Shown piece after piece: positions 16,738 to 25,881 of a stretch of DNA of 32,000 bases. This DNA comes from Xylanibacter ruminicola 23 (lineage in GTDB: Bacteria > Bacteroidota > Bacteroidia > Bacteroidales > Bacteroidaceae): assembly GCF_000025925.1 (NCBI RefSeq), contig NC_014033.1, forward strand, positions 3,210,001 to 3,242,000, given 5' to 3'. Every line of letters starts with the position of its first letter. Position 1 is the first letter of the stretch. Made by a program: the position numbers and the translations under genes. Below the pieces are notes generated by a model. That model saw only the letters and a list, made by a program, of their open reading frames with translations, was not told the DNA's origin and made no database searches.

Positions 16738-16745
16738 TAACTTTG
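16738..16745 (+). promoter_or_regulatory. -7 promoter box (TAACTTTG) for pdxK and the RluA-family gene
   Basis: Matches TAnnTTTG and lies 8 nt upstream of the ATG at 16754. It mirrors the helicase promoter 44 bp away. Confidence 0.45.
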
Positions 16746-16753
16746 CAGCCGAA

Positions 16754-17566
16754 ATGAAACAGATATTGCTTATTAACGATGTTGTGGGCTATGGAAAGGT
16801 TGGCATGGGAGCCATGTTGCCTATCCTCTCTTACTTAGGCATCCCTACGTATAGCTTGCCTACTGCCCTTGTGTCTAATACACTCGACTACGGAAAGTTT
16901 AATATCCAGGATACCACCGATTACATCCGTGGTACTCTGCCTGTGTGGAAAGAACTTGGCTTTGGTTTTGATGCCATCTGTACAGGACTGATGTTCAGCG
17001 ATGAGCAGGCTAAACTGGTGGCTGGCTACTGCAAAGAGCAGGGCGAACAAGGCACAACGGTATTCGTTGACCCGATTCTGGGTGATGGTGGACGATTGTA
17101 TAATGGCATGACGGAACGTCAGGTGGAGCTGATGCGCGAGATGGTATCGGTTGCGCATCTCTGTTTTCCTAACTATACCGAGGCTTGCTACCTGACCAAT
17201 ACACCAATCAAAATGGAAGGTATTAGCTGGGAAGAGGCTGGCGATTTGTTGGACGAGTTACGTAAGATAGGCACCAAGTCGGCTCTGATAACAAGCTGTA
17301 AGGTAGACGGACGCAATGCGGTGGTGGGCTATAATCACTACGATGATAGCTACTTTCACCTGGAGTATCATGAGATTCCTGGTTTGTTCCATGGCACTGG
17401 CGATATCTTCTCAGCGGTATTGATTGGTCATCTGCTGAATGGCGAGAGCTTGAAGACAAGTACTCGTACAGCGATGGATACTGTATTCCGAATGATTGAG
17501 CGTTACAAGGATACCGATGATAAAAATCGTGGTATTCCAGTAGAGAAATGTCTCGATCTCTTATGA
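16754..17566 (+). CDS. pdxK: Pyridoxal/pyridoxine/pyridoxamine kinase (ribokinase superfamily)
   Basis: 270 aa from MKQILLINDVVGYGKVGMGAMLPILSYLG. Other blocks are FDAICTGLM, VFVDPILGD and a C-terminal GTGDIFSA anion-hole motif. The first 81 codons of the track ORF are antisense to the helicase 5' end and overlap the promoter. Confidence 0.85.
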   Translation: MKQILLINDVVGYGKVGMGAMLPILSYLGIPTYSLPTALVSNTLDYGKFNIQDTTDYIRGTLPVWKELGFGFDAICTGLMFSDEQAKLVAGYCKEQGEQGTTVFVDPILGDGGRLYNGMTERQVELMREMVSVAHLCFPNYTEACYLTNTPIKMEGISWEEAGDLLDELRKIGTKSALITSCKVDGRNAVVGYNHYDDSYFHLEYHEIPGLFHGTGDIFSAVLIGHLLNGESLKTSTRTAMDTVFRMIERYKDTDDKNRGIPVEKCLDLL

Positions 17567-18927
17567 TCATCCATCCTCTTCATACTAACATTCCCAAACC
17601 AGAACGGTTCACTTGGCCTTTCTGCTATGAACCTCATCCGCTGTGTTTATTGGCATGCGACGAGGTGAAGCAGGAGATTGAAAGGATAGGTCCGAAAGAG
17701 GGTAAGATGTTTGGGGTCCTGGTTGTGGAAGTTAATGGCGGCTTAGGTTTCCTAGCTGCTTATTCTGGATTGTTAGAAGGGCGGAACGACTGGCCCTATT
17801 TTGTGCCGCCGGTTTTTGATGCCCAGCAGCCTGATGGCTATTTTAAGCAGAAAGAGCGCGAGATATCTGCACTTAACCAACACTCATCATCTGAAACTCA
17901 AAACCTGCACAAAGAGATGTCGCAGTATTTACAACTGTGGCTATTCCAACAATACAGAATATTAAATGCCCATGGCGAAATTAAAGATCTGGTGGAGATA
18001 TGGCGCGACTATCACCAGAACCCCAAAATACAAAAGAAATTTCCCTTACCACCAGGTGGCACAGGTGATTGCTGTGCACCAAAACTGTTGCAGTATGCTT
18101 ATCTGCAACATTTAAAACCTGTATGCATGGCAGAATTCTGGTGGGGACCTTCGCCTAAAAGCGAAGTGCGTTACCATGGTGAGTTTTATCCTGCCTGCAG
18201 AGGTAAATGTAAGCCTGTGCTTACTTGGATGTTGCAAGGTTTGGAAGTGGATCCCGATCCGGAAACCTCGGGCTTTTTGCATCAAGGCATCGAAATCGTC
18301 TATGAGGACGAGGCGATTGCGGCTGTTTATAAGCCATCAGGTATGCTGAGTGTACCAGGTAAGACTGATGATTACTCGGTCGCTACATGGGCTAAGGAAC
18401 GATGGGCTGCATCTATGTTGCCTCATCGTTTGGATTTGATGACTTCCGGCATTATGCTGGTAGCCAAAACACCCGAGGCTTATCACCATTTGCAGAATCA
18501 GTTTGCGGCTCGTACTATCAAGAAGAAATACTTAGCAGTTGTCGAGGGCGAAATACAACAACCTCATGGTGTAATCGATCTGCCTCTGAGTAGCGATCCG
18601 ATGAATCGCCCTTGTCAGATAGTTGACTATGAGCACGGCAAACGTGCCATTACCGAATATCGTGTATTAGACCGTCAGCAATCCCCTACCACTCATCGTC
18701 CAGTAACCCTTCTTGCCCTTTATCCTCATACGGGGCGTACGCATCAATTGAGAATGCACTGTGCGCATCAAGAAGGGTTAGGGTGTCCGATTTTGGGTGA
18801 TGAACTCTATGGTCATAAGGCAGATCGACTTTATCTTCAGGCCGAGTCGATAGCTTTTGAACATCCAACTACTGGTAAGCGTTTGCATCTTTTTTGCCCG
18901 CAAGACAAAAAAATATGGCCAATTTGA
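17548..18927 (+). CDS. RluA-family pseudouridine synthase with ~240-aa Cys-containing N-terminal extension
   Basis: The C-terminal half has IVYEDEAIAAVYKPSGMLSVPG, the catalytic HRLDLMTSGIMLVAK, and GRTHQLRMH. The N-terminal half has GKMFGVLVV, GDCCAPKLL and PACRGKC. An alternative start at 17563 gives an ATGA overlap with the pdxK stop. Confidence 0.85.
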   Translation: MSRSLMIIHPLHTNIPKPERFTWPFCYEPHPLCLLACDEVKQEIERIGPKEGKMFGVLVVEVNGGLGFLAAYSGLLEGRNDWPYFVPPVFDAQQPDGYFKQKEREISALNQHSSSETQNLHKEMSQYLQLWLFQQYRILNAHGEIKDLVEIWRDYHQNPKIQKKFPLPPGGTGDCCAPKLLQYAYLQHLKPVCMAEFWWGPSPKSEVRYHGEFYPACRGKCKPVLTWMLQGLEVDPDPETSGFLHQGIEIVYEDEAIAAVYKPSGMLSVPGKTDDYSVATWAKERWAASMLPHRLDLMTSGIMLVAKTPEAYHHLQNQFAARTIKKKYLAVVEGEIQQPHGVIDLPLSSDPMNRPCQIVDYEHGKRAITEYRVLDRQQSPTTHRPVTLLALYPHTGRTHQLRMHCAHQEGLGCPILGDELYGHKADRLYLQAESIAFEHPTTGKRLHLFCPQDKKIWPI

Positions 18928-18949
18928 TGGATGTTTGCAGATAATTAGC

Positions 18950-18957
18950 TATTTTTG
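18950..18957 (+). promoter_or_regulatory. -7 promoter box (TATTTTTG) for the M1 peptidase
   Basis: Matches TAnnTTTG and lies 24 nt upstream of the ATG at 18982. It overlaps the TTG start used by the ORF track. Confidence 0.45.
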
Positions 18958-18981
18958 CAGGCAAATAAAAACAATAATTGT

Positions 18982-21477
18982 ATGAAAGCTATTAAATATT
19001 TATGTTTGTGCATGCTAAGTTTCTTTACACTTGGTGTGTATGCTCAGGCGGATAGTCGTGTGGGCAATATTACTGGTATCCTGTATCAGCTGACGTTTAA
19101 TGTGCCAGAGAATCCTCAGGCAAAGGTAACAGGTAAGGCTACAATTACATTCGATACCAGAACCAAGCAGGATGTGGTACTCGATTTTCAGGGAACACCA
19201 GGTAATGTGTTGGTATATAAAGGAAACAAAGGTAAAGGTAAGCAGGCCAGTGTAAAGATTCAGAATAATCAGATTATTATTCCAGGAAAACTGTTTAAGG
19301 CTGGTACAAATAAGGTTTCACTCGACTTTACTAGTCAGGACAAAGCTTTTGTTCGTAGTGGTAGCGTGCTGTATACTCAGGTGCAGGCCGACGAAGGCCG
19401 TGCCCTCTTCCCTTGTTTCGATGTAGAGGGTTTGCGTGCTCAGTATCAGACTACCATCAATGCCCCTGCTGGTTGGAAAGCTATTACTGTGGATATATCT
19501 GAGAAGATGGCACCATCGCACTACGCTTTTGCAGTTGGTAAATTCAACGAGAAATCGTCTACAGTAGATGGTCGTACTTTGCGCGTGTTCTACACAGAGA
19601 CCGATCCTGCCAAGGTGGCCCAGATAGATGATGTATTTAAAGAGGTTACTAAGGCCATGAAGTGGATGGAGGGTTACACTGGTATAGCTAACCCTTATGA
19701 TAAAGAAGGTGTGGTTTATATCCTGCCCAGTTTCCAGTTGGGCGGTTTGGAGCGTCGTGGCGCTGTAGCCCTGAGCGAGAAGACCATTTTCTTAGGCAAG
19801 AAGCCTTCGAAGGAGGATTTGATGAAACGTACCGAATTGATTGCCCACGAAACGGCTCATATATGGTTCGGTAATATCACTGCTATCGACGAGCCTTGGG
19901 CTAAGGAGGTGCTGGCCAACTTTATGGCATCAAAGATTACCAGTAGTCAGTATAAGAAGAATGAGTTTGAGATAAACTTCATGAATACCTATATGCGCAA
20001 TGCGATGAATCTGGATAGAACCGAAGTCTCTCATCCCATTGCAGGTGAGTATGGTGATCCGCATGACCCCGTATGGATGTACGACCATATTAACTATTGC
20101 AAGGCACCAGTAATGATGCGTATGCTTGAAGATGAGATGGGAGCCGAGGCCATGCAGAAAGGTCTGCAACAGTGCATTAAGGATCACTATCTGGGTCATA
20201 TCAGTTGGAATCAGATTGTTGAAACACTCGACAAGCAGGCTCCTGGTGCTGGTGTACGTCAGTTCTGTGATGTATGGGTAAATCAGAAAGGTATGCCTAT
20301 TATCACAACCTCTTTTAAGAATGGTGATGTGATTGTATCGCAGACCGATCCTTATGGACGTGGATTGTGCTGGCGCCAGAAGTTTGAGCTGAAGGTGATC
20401 AGCAATTTAGGACAGTCGCAGACTATCAAGGTTGATATGCAGCAGCCAACCATGACCTTCAAGCAGAAGAGTGGTGCTGCTCCTGGCTATATTATTCCAA
20501 ACCAGGATGGTCGCGGTTATGGTCGCTTTACACTCGATGATAACTATGTGAAGATTCTGCCCATGCGTCTCATCACAACACGCAATGACTTGCACCGCTA
20601 TACCTTGCTGAATCTGATTCACGATAATTACTTGCAGGGTAAGTTGGCGCCATCGCACTTTGGCGAACTGTTCCGTTTCTTGGGGCGTGAGAAGAATCCG
20701 ATAATTATGGAAACAGCCATCGACCAGATGCATAAGATTGCTTCAGACTTGACCATGCAGCAGCGTTATACACTCGAGTTGGTAATTATGGATCTGCTGG
20801 GTGAGAATAAAACCAAGGAGTGCCGCCAGTTGGTATGGCGTAAGTTGGGTACCAGTGCTATCTCGCCTGAGGTACTGAATAAGTTGCAGACCATTCTGGA
20901 TCGCCATAACGAGAGCGTTTTGGATGAGCACGACTATATGGAGATAGCCTATCGTCTGGCCATCACCCGTCCTGACCGTCGTCAGCAGATTCTGGAAAAG
21001 GAGCGCGCTCGCCTCACTACCGATGAATTGCGACAGGAGTTCGATTTCGTAAGTCGTGCTACTGATCCTATTGCCAGCAATCGTGTAGAGGTTTTCAAGA
21101 GCTTGCTGAAGCCTGAGAACCGTCAGAACGAGGCGTGGGTACTGAATACCCTGCGTTTGTTGAACTCGGATGTGTATGAGCCACAGAGCAATGTTTACAT
21201 TGTTGAGGGCTTGAAGGCACTGCCTGAGATACAGAAGACTAACAGTTTGGCTTTTCCAAGTCGCTGGACCAGAACGTTGATTTCTTCGCATAAGAGCGCT
21301 GAGGCTAAGACCGAGGTACAGAAGTTCTTGAATAGCTCGGCTGGCTTCCCTGCCAATCTGAAGAACTACGTATATGAGTCGGCCTGGGTGCTGATGAATC
21401 AGATTCCATACGTGGATAAGACAGTAAAGGCAGCGCCTGCTTCGGCTAAGAAGACTGTCACCAAGAAAAGAAAGTAA
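18982..21477 (+). CDS. M1-family zinc metallopeptidase (aminopeptidase N-like), secreted, with divergent active-site motifs
   Basis: Signal peptide MKAIKYLCLCMLSFFTLGVYAQ. N-domain block LFPCFDVEGLRAQY, zinc site HETAHIWFGN...WAKE, GGLER in place of GAMEN, and an all-alpha C-terminal domain. Confidence 0.8.
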   Translation: MKAIKYLCLCMLSFFTLGVYAQADSRVGNITGILYQLTFNVPENPQAKVTGKATITFDTRTKQDVVLDFQGTPGNVLVYKGNKGKGKQASVKIQNNQIIIPGKLFKAGTNKVSLDFTSQDKAFVRSGSVLYTQVQADEGRALFPCFDVEGLRAQYQTTINAPAGWKAITVDISEKMAPSHYAFAVGKFNEKSSTVDGRTLRVFYTETDPAKVAQIDDVFKEVTKAMKWMEGYTGIANPYDKEGVVYILPSFQLGGLERRGAVALSEKTIFLGKKPSKEDLMKRTELIAHETAHIWFGNITAIDEPWAKEVLANFMASKITSSQYKKNEFEINFMNTYMRNAMNLDRTEVSHPIAGEYGDPHDPVWMYDHINYCKAPVMMRMLEDEMGAEAMQKGLQQCIKDHYLGHISWNQIVETLDKQAPGAGVRQFCDVWVNQKGMPIITTSFKNGDVIVSQTDPYGRGLCWRQKFELKVISNLGQSQTIKVDMQQPTMTFKQKSGAAPGYIIPNQDGRGYGRFTLDDNYVKILPMRLITTRNDLHRYTLLNLIHDNYLQGKLAPSHFGELFRFLGREKNPIIMETAIDQMHKIASDLTMQQRYTLELVIMDLLGENKTKECRQLVWRKLGTSAISPEVLNKLQTILDRHNESVLDEHDYMEIAYRLAITRPDRRQQILEKERARLTTDELRQEFDFVSRATDPIASNRVEVFKSLLKPENRQNEAWVLNTLRLLNSDVYEPQSNVYIVEGLKALPEIQKTNSLAFPSRWTRTLISSHKSAEAKTEVQKFLNSSAGFPANLKNYVYESAWVLMNQIPYVDKTVKAAPASAKKTVTKKRK

Positions 21478-21487
21478 TAATCTAAAG

Positions 21488-21518
21488 AGCCTCTCCTAAT
21501 TGTATGGAGGGGCTTTTA
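21488..21518 (+). terminator. Intrinsic terminator after the M1 peptidase
   Basis: AGCCUCUCC (21488-21496) pairs with GGAGGGGCU (21506-21514), including one G-U pair. A 9-nt loop separates the arms and UUUUAAUUU follows. Confidence 0.65.
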
Positions 21519-21564
21519 ATTTAAGTTTTAGGTAAATATATTTGTGATTTCAAATTAAAAATAG

Positions 21565-21572
21565 TACCTTTG
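21565..21572 (+). promoter_or_regulatory. -7 promoter box (TACCTTTG) for purL
   Basis: Matches TAnnTTTG and lies 34 nt upstream of the ATG at 21607. Confidence 0.5.
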
Positions 21573-21606
21573 CACGCAAATTAAAATATTATAAAATAAG
21601 TAAGGT

Positions 21607-24600
21607 ATGATACGCTTCTTTCAGACCCCACAGAAATCGGTGATCGCCACGGAGGTTGATCACGTACTGAGTGAACAGGAAATCAAGGAATTAAACTGGC
21701 TTTATGGTGATGCCACGCTATTAGATGCAGAGCAGCTGGAGGGCTACTATGTTGGTCCACGCCGCGAGATGGTAACACCATGGAGTACAAATGCCGTTGA
21801 GATTACACAGAATATGGGCCTCAGCGGCATTTCTCGTATAGAGGAATATTTTGCCGTAGACTCAAAGGATGCTGAGCACGACGAGATGTTGCAGCGTATG
21901 TATAATGGCCTGAATCAGGACATTTTTACCATCAACATCAAGCCAGAGCCAATTAAGTATGTGGATAATCTGGAGGAATATAACGAGCAGGAAGGTCTGG
22001 CTCTTAGTCCAGAGGAGATTGAATATCTGCACGGACTGGAGAAGAAGAACGGACGTCCATTGACCGATTCAGAGATCTTCGGTTTTGCCCAGATCAACTC
22101 TGAGCACTGCCGTCATAAGATCTTTGGCGGAACCTTTATCATTGACGGTAAGGAGATGGAGTCAAGCCTCTTTGCAATGATTAAGAAGACTACACAGGAG
22201 AATCCTAACAAGATTCTTTCGGCTTATAAGGATAATGTAGCTTTTGCGCAGGGGCCTGTGGTTGAGCAGTTCGCTCCAAAGGATCAGAGTACTAGCGACT
22301 ACTTCCAGGTAAAAGATATCGAGAGTGTTATCTCTCTGAAGGCTGAGACACACAACTTCCCCACAACCGTAGAGCCATTCAATGGTGCTGCTACAGGTAC
22401 TGGTGGTGAAATCCGCGACCGTATGGGTGGTGGTGTTGGTTCATGGCCTATCGCTGGTACAGCTGTTTATATGACCGCTTATCCACGTTTGACCGACGAT
22501 GACAAGCTGACTCGCGACTGGGAGGATATTCTTCCCGTTCGTCAGTGGTTGTATCAGACACCAGAGCAGATTTTGATTAAGGCCTCGAATGGCGCTTCTG
22601 ACTTCGGAAATAAGTTCGGTCAGCCGCTGATCTGCGGTTCTGTACTCACCTTCGAGCACCAGGAGCCAAACGATACCAAGTATGCTTACGATAAGGTTAT
22701 CATGCTGGCTGGTGGTGTTGGTTATGGTACTAAGCGTGACTGCCTGAAGAAAGAGCCTCAGAAGGGTAACAAGGTGGTAGTAGTAGGTGGTGATAACTAC
22801 CGTATCGGTCTTGGTGGTGGCTCTGTATCATCAGTTGATACTGGTCGCTACAGCAATGGTATCGAGTTGAACGCTGTTCAGCGCGCTAACCCTGAGATGC
22901 AGAAGCGCGCCTATAACCTGGTTCGTGCTCTCTGTGAGGAGGATGTGAACCCCGTTGTTTCAATTCACGACCATGGTTCAGCCGGTCACCTCAACTGTCT
23001 CTCTGAGCTTGTTGAGGAGTGCGGTGGTGAGATTGATATGACTAAACTGCCTATTGGCGACAAGACTCTGAGTTCTAAGGAGATCATTGCTAACGAGAGT
23101 CAGGAGCGTATGGGACTGCTCATCGATGAGAAGCATATCGAACATGTACGTAAGATTGCTGAGCGCGAGCGTGCTCCACTGTATGTAGTAGGTGAAACTA
23201 CTGGCGATGCTCACTTCTCGTTCAAGCAGGGCGATGGTGTGAAACCATTCGATTTGGATGTGGCTCAGATGTTCGGTCACTCACCAAAGACTATTATGAA
23301 GGATAATACTGTAGAACGCCACTATGCTGACGTAACCTACAGTCAGGATAAGATTAACGAGTACCTCGACCGCGTGCTCCAGCTTGAGGCTGTGGCTTGT
23401 AAGGATTGGTTGACTAACAAGGTCGACCGTTCGGTTACAGGTAAGATTGCACGTCAGCAGTGTCAGGGTGAGATTCAGTTGCCTCTGAGCGACTGTGGTG
23501 TTGTTGCCCTCGACTATCGTGGTGTTAAGGGTATCGCCACAGCGCTTGGTCATGCACCTCAGGCTGGTCTGGCTGATCCTGCTGCTGGTTCTGTACTCTC
23601 TGTTGCTGAGGCACTGACCAACATCGTTTGGGCTCCTCTGGCTGAGGGAATGGATTCGCTGAGCCTCTCTGCTAACTGGATGTGGCCTTGCCGCTCTCAG
23701 GAGGGTGAGGATGCTCGCTTGTATGCTGGTGTTAAAGCTCTGAGCGATTTCTGCTGCGACCTGCACATCAACGTACCAACAGGTAAGGACTCGCTGTCAC
23801 TCTCTCAGCAGTATCCTAATGGCGAGAAGATTATCTCTCCAGGAACAGTGATTGTATCAGCTGGTGGTGAGGTTTCTGACATTAAGAAAGTTGTATCGCC
23901 TGTATTGGTTAACGATAAGAATGCGTCACTCTATCATATCGACTTCTCGTTCGACGAGCAGCGCCTTGGTGGTTCGGCCTTTGCCCAGAGCTTAGGTAAG
24001 GTAGGCGACGATGTTCCTACTGTTAAGAATGCCGAGTATTTTGCCGATGCCTTCATGGCCGTTCAGGAGATGATTAATCGTGGTTGGATTATGGCTGGTC
24101 ACGATATCTCAGCCGGTGGTTTGATTACCACTCTGCTCGAGATGTGCTTTGCCAACACTAAGGGTGGTATGCATATCAACCTGCACGAGATTTGTGCCGA
24201 TGGCGATGTTGTTAAGACTCTCTTCGCTGAGAACCCAGGTGTAGTTATCGAGGTAAGCGATGACTACAAGCAGGAGTTCAAGGACTTCATGGAGGAGCAG
24301 GGCGTTGGCTATGCTAAGATTGGTTATCCTGTTGAGGATGCCCGCACTATTGTTGTGAAGGCTGGTGATGCAGAGCAGACATTCGACATCGATGCTCTCC
24401 GTGATACATGGTATAAGACTTCTTATTTGCTCGATCGCAAGCAGAGCTTCAATGGCAAGGCTGCTGAGCGCTTCGCTAACTATAAGAAGCAGCCTATCGA
24501 GATGCAGTTTAATAAGGACTTCACTGGTAAGTTGGCTCTGTATGGAATCTCAGCCGATCGCCGTCAGGCTTCTGGCATCAAGGCTGCCATCATCCGTGAG

Positions 24601-25317
24601 AAGGGAACCAACGGTGAACGTGAGATGGCTTACTGCTTGTATCTGGCTGGTTTTGATGTAAAGGATGTGATGATGACCGACCTGATTTCTGGTCGCGAGA
24701 CACTCGAGGACATCAATATGATTGTATTCTGTGGTGGATTCTCTAACTCCGACGTACTTGGTTCGGCTAAGGGTTGGGCTGGTGCCTTCCTCTTCAATCC
24801 TAAGGCTAAGGAGGCTCTCGATAAGTTCTATGCTCGCGAGAATACTCTGTCGCTGGGTATCTGTAACGGTTGTCAGTTGATGGTAGAACTCGGTCTCACA
24901 GGTGCTAAGGGTGCTAAGATGCTGCACAACGACTCTCATAAGTTCGAGAGTGAGTTCATCAGCCTGAGCATTCCTCAGAACAACAGCGTGATGTTTGGCT
25001 CACTGAGTGGCAACAAACTTGGTCTTTGGGTAGCTCATGGCGAGGGTAAGTTCTCACTGCCAGAGGCTGAGAGCGCTTACAATGTGATTGCTAAGTACAA
25101 CTATGCTGGCTATCCCGCTAATCCTAACGGATCCGACTATAATGTAGCTGGTATCTGCTCAGCCGATGGTCGTCATCTCTGCATGATGCCTCACTTAGAG
25201 CGAGCCGTATTCCCATGGCAGAACGCCTGGTATCCTGCCGATCGTCGTCAGGACGAGGTTACTCCATGGATTGAGGCCTTCGTCAATGCACGTAAATGGG
25301 TGGAGGCTCACAAGTAA
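21607..25317 (+). CDS. purL: Phosphoribosylformylglycinamidine (FGAM) synthase, single-chain large form
   Basis: 1236 aa with blocks INSEHCRHKIF, ETHNFPTTVEPFNGAATGTGGEIRD and DHGSAGHLN. The C-terminal glutaminase domain has GICNGCQLM and the HGEG...PHLER region. Confidence 0.95.
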   Translation: MIRFFQTPQKSVIATEVDHVLSEQEIKELNWLYGDATLLDAEQLEGYYVGPRREMVTPWSTNAVEITQNMGLSGISRIEEYFAVDSKDAEHDEMLQRMYNGLNQDIFTINIKPEPIKYVDNLEEYNEQEGLALSPEEIEYLHGLEKKNGRPLTDSEIFGFAQINSEHCRHKIFGGTFIIDGKEMESSLFAMIKKTTQENPNKILSAYKDNVAFAQGPVVEQFAPKDQSTSDYFQVKDIESVISLKAETHNFPTTVEPFNGAATGTGGEIRDRMGGGVGSWPIAGTAVYMTAYPRLTDDDKLTRDWEDILPVRQWLYQTPEQILIKASNGASDFGNKFGQPLICGSVLTFEHQEPNDTKYAYDKVIMLAGGVGYGTKRDCLKKEPQKGNKVVVVGGDNYRIGLGGGSVSSVDTGRYSNGIELNAVQRANPEMQKRAYNLVRALCEEDVNPVVSIHDHGSAGHLNCLSELVEECGGEIDMTKLPIGDKTLSSKEIIANESQERMGLLIDEKHIEHVRKIAERERAPLYVVGETTGDAHFSFKQGDGVKPFDLDVAQMFGHSPKTIMKDNTVERHYADVTYSQDKINEYLDRVLQLEAVACKDWLTNKVDRSVTGKIARQQCQGEIQLPLSDCGVVALDYRGVKGIATALGHAPQAGLADPAAGSVLSVAEALTNIVWAPLAEGMDSLSLSANWMWPCRSQEGEDARLYAGVKALSDFCCDLHINVPTGKDSLSLSQQYPNGEKIISPGTVIVSAGGEVSDIKKVVSPVLVNDKNASLYHIDFSFDEQRLGGSAFAQSLGKVGDDVPTVKNAEYFADAFMAVQEMINRGWIMAGHDISAGGLITTLLEMCFANTKGGMHINLHEICADGDVVKTLFAENPGVVIEVSDDYKQEFKDFMEEQGVGYAKIGYPVEDARTIVVKAGDAEQTFDIDALRDTWYKTSYLLDRKQSFNGKAAERFANYKKQPIEMQFNKDFTGKLALYGISADRRQASGIKAAIIREKGTNGEREMAYCLYLAGFDVKDVMMTDLISGRETLEDINMIVFCGGFSNSDVLGSAKGWAGAFLFNPKAKEALDKFYARENTLSLGICNGCQLMVELGLTGAKGAKMLHNDSHKFESEFISLSIPQNNSVMFGSLSGNKLGLWVAHGEGKFSLPEAESAYNVIAKYNYAGYPANPNGSDYNVAGICSADGRHLCMMPHLERAVFPWQNAWYPADRRQDEVTPWIEAFVNARKWVEAHK

Positions 25318-25865
25318 TGAATATATATTGGGATTCTTTTAAGACCTTCTTTCACATTGGCATATTCACCCTTGGCGGTGGATATGCCATGATACCTTTG
25401 ATAGAGGAAGAAGTTGTGAACAAGAAGAAGTGGGTAACCAAGGACGAGATGCTCGATTTGATAGCTATCGCCCAGAGTTGCCCTGGCGTGTTTGCCATCA
25501 ACATCGCAACCTTTATTGGTTATAAGCTGCGCAAAACACGTGGAGCCATCTGTACCACGCTTGGAACGGCTTTGCCTTCGTTCCTGATTATTCTGGCGAT
25601 TGCCATGTTCTTCAGCCAGTTTAAGGATAATAAGGTGGTGGCAGCAATGTTCCGTGGCATCCGTCCGGCAGTGGTGGCTCTGATAGCTGTACCTACATTT
25701 AATTTGGGTAAACGTGCCAAACTCAACTGGTACACCATCTGGATTCCCATCGCCTGCGCCCTGGCTATCTGGGCTTTAGGTGTTTCACCTATTTATATTA
25801 TTATGATAGCTGCTGTTGGAGGTTATATCTACGGCAGAATAAATAAGACATCGTGTAATTCGTGA
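25317..25865 (+). CDS. chrA: Chromate transporter family protein, short-chain (N-type half)
   Basis: 182 aa from MNIYWDSFKTFFHIGIFTLGGGYAMIPLIEEEVV, which carries the CHR-family FGGG motif. The start ATG shares one base with the purL TAA (TAATG). Confidence 0.8.
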   Translation: MNIYWDSFKTFFHIGIFTLGGGYAMIPLIEEEVVNKKKWVTKDEMLDLIAIAQSCPGVFAINIATFIGYKLRKTRGAICTTLGTALPSFLIILAIAMFFSQFKDNKVVAAMFRGIRPAVVALIAVPTFNLGKRAKLNWYTIWIPIACALAIWALGVSPIYIIMIAAVGGYIYGRINKTSCNS

Positions 25866-25881
25866 AATTCGTGCTTGAAAT

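Noticed and set aside
16511-16753. N-terminal extensions of track ORFs, including 2602-2673, 5421-5444, 14733-14768, 16678-16698, 18955-18981, 25296-25316 and 26479-26529
   Set aside because: Where I checked the codon (5421, 16678, 18955) the extension starts at TTG, and most of the extensions overlap the TAnnTTTG box or the neighbouring gene. In each case an internal ATG gives a canonical N-terminus: a signal peptide, an HTH or a family-typical start.
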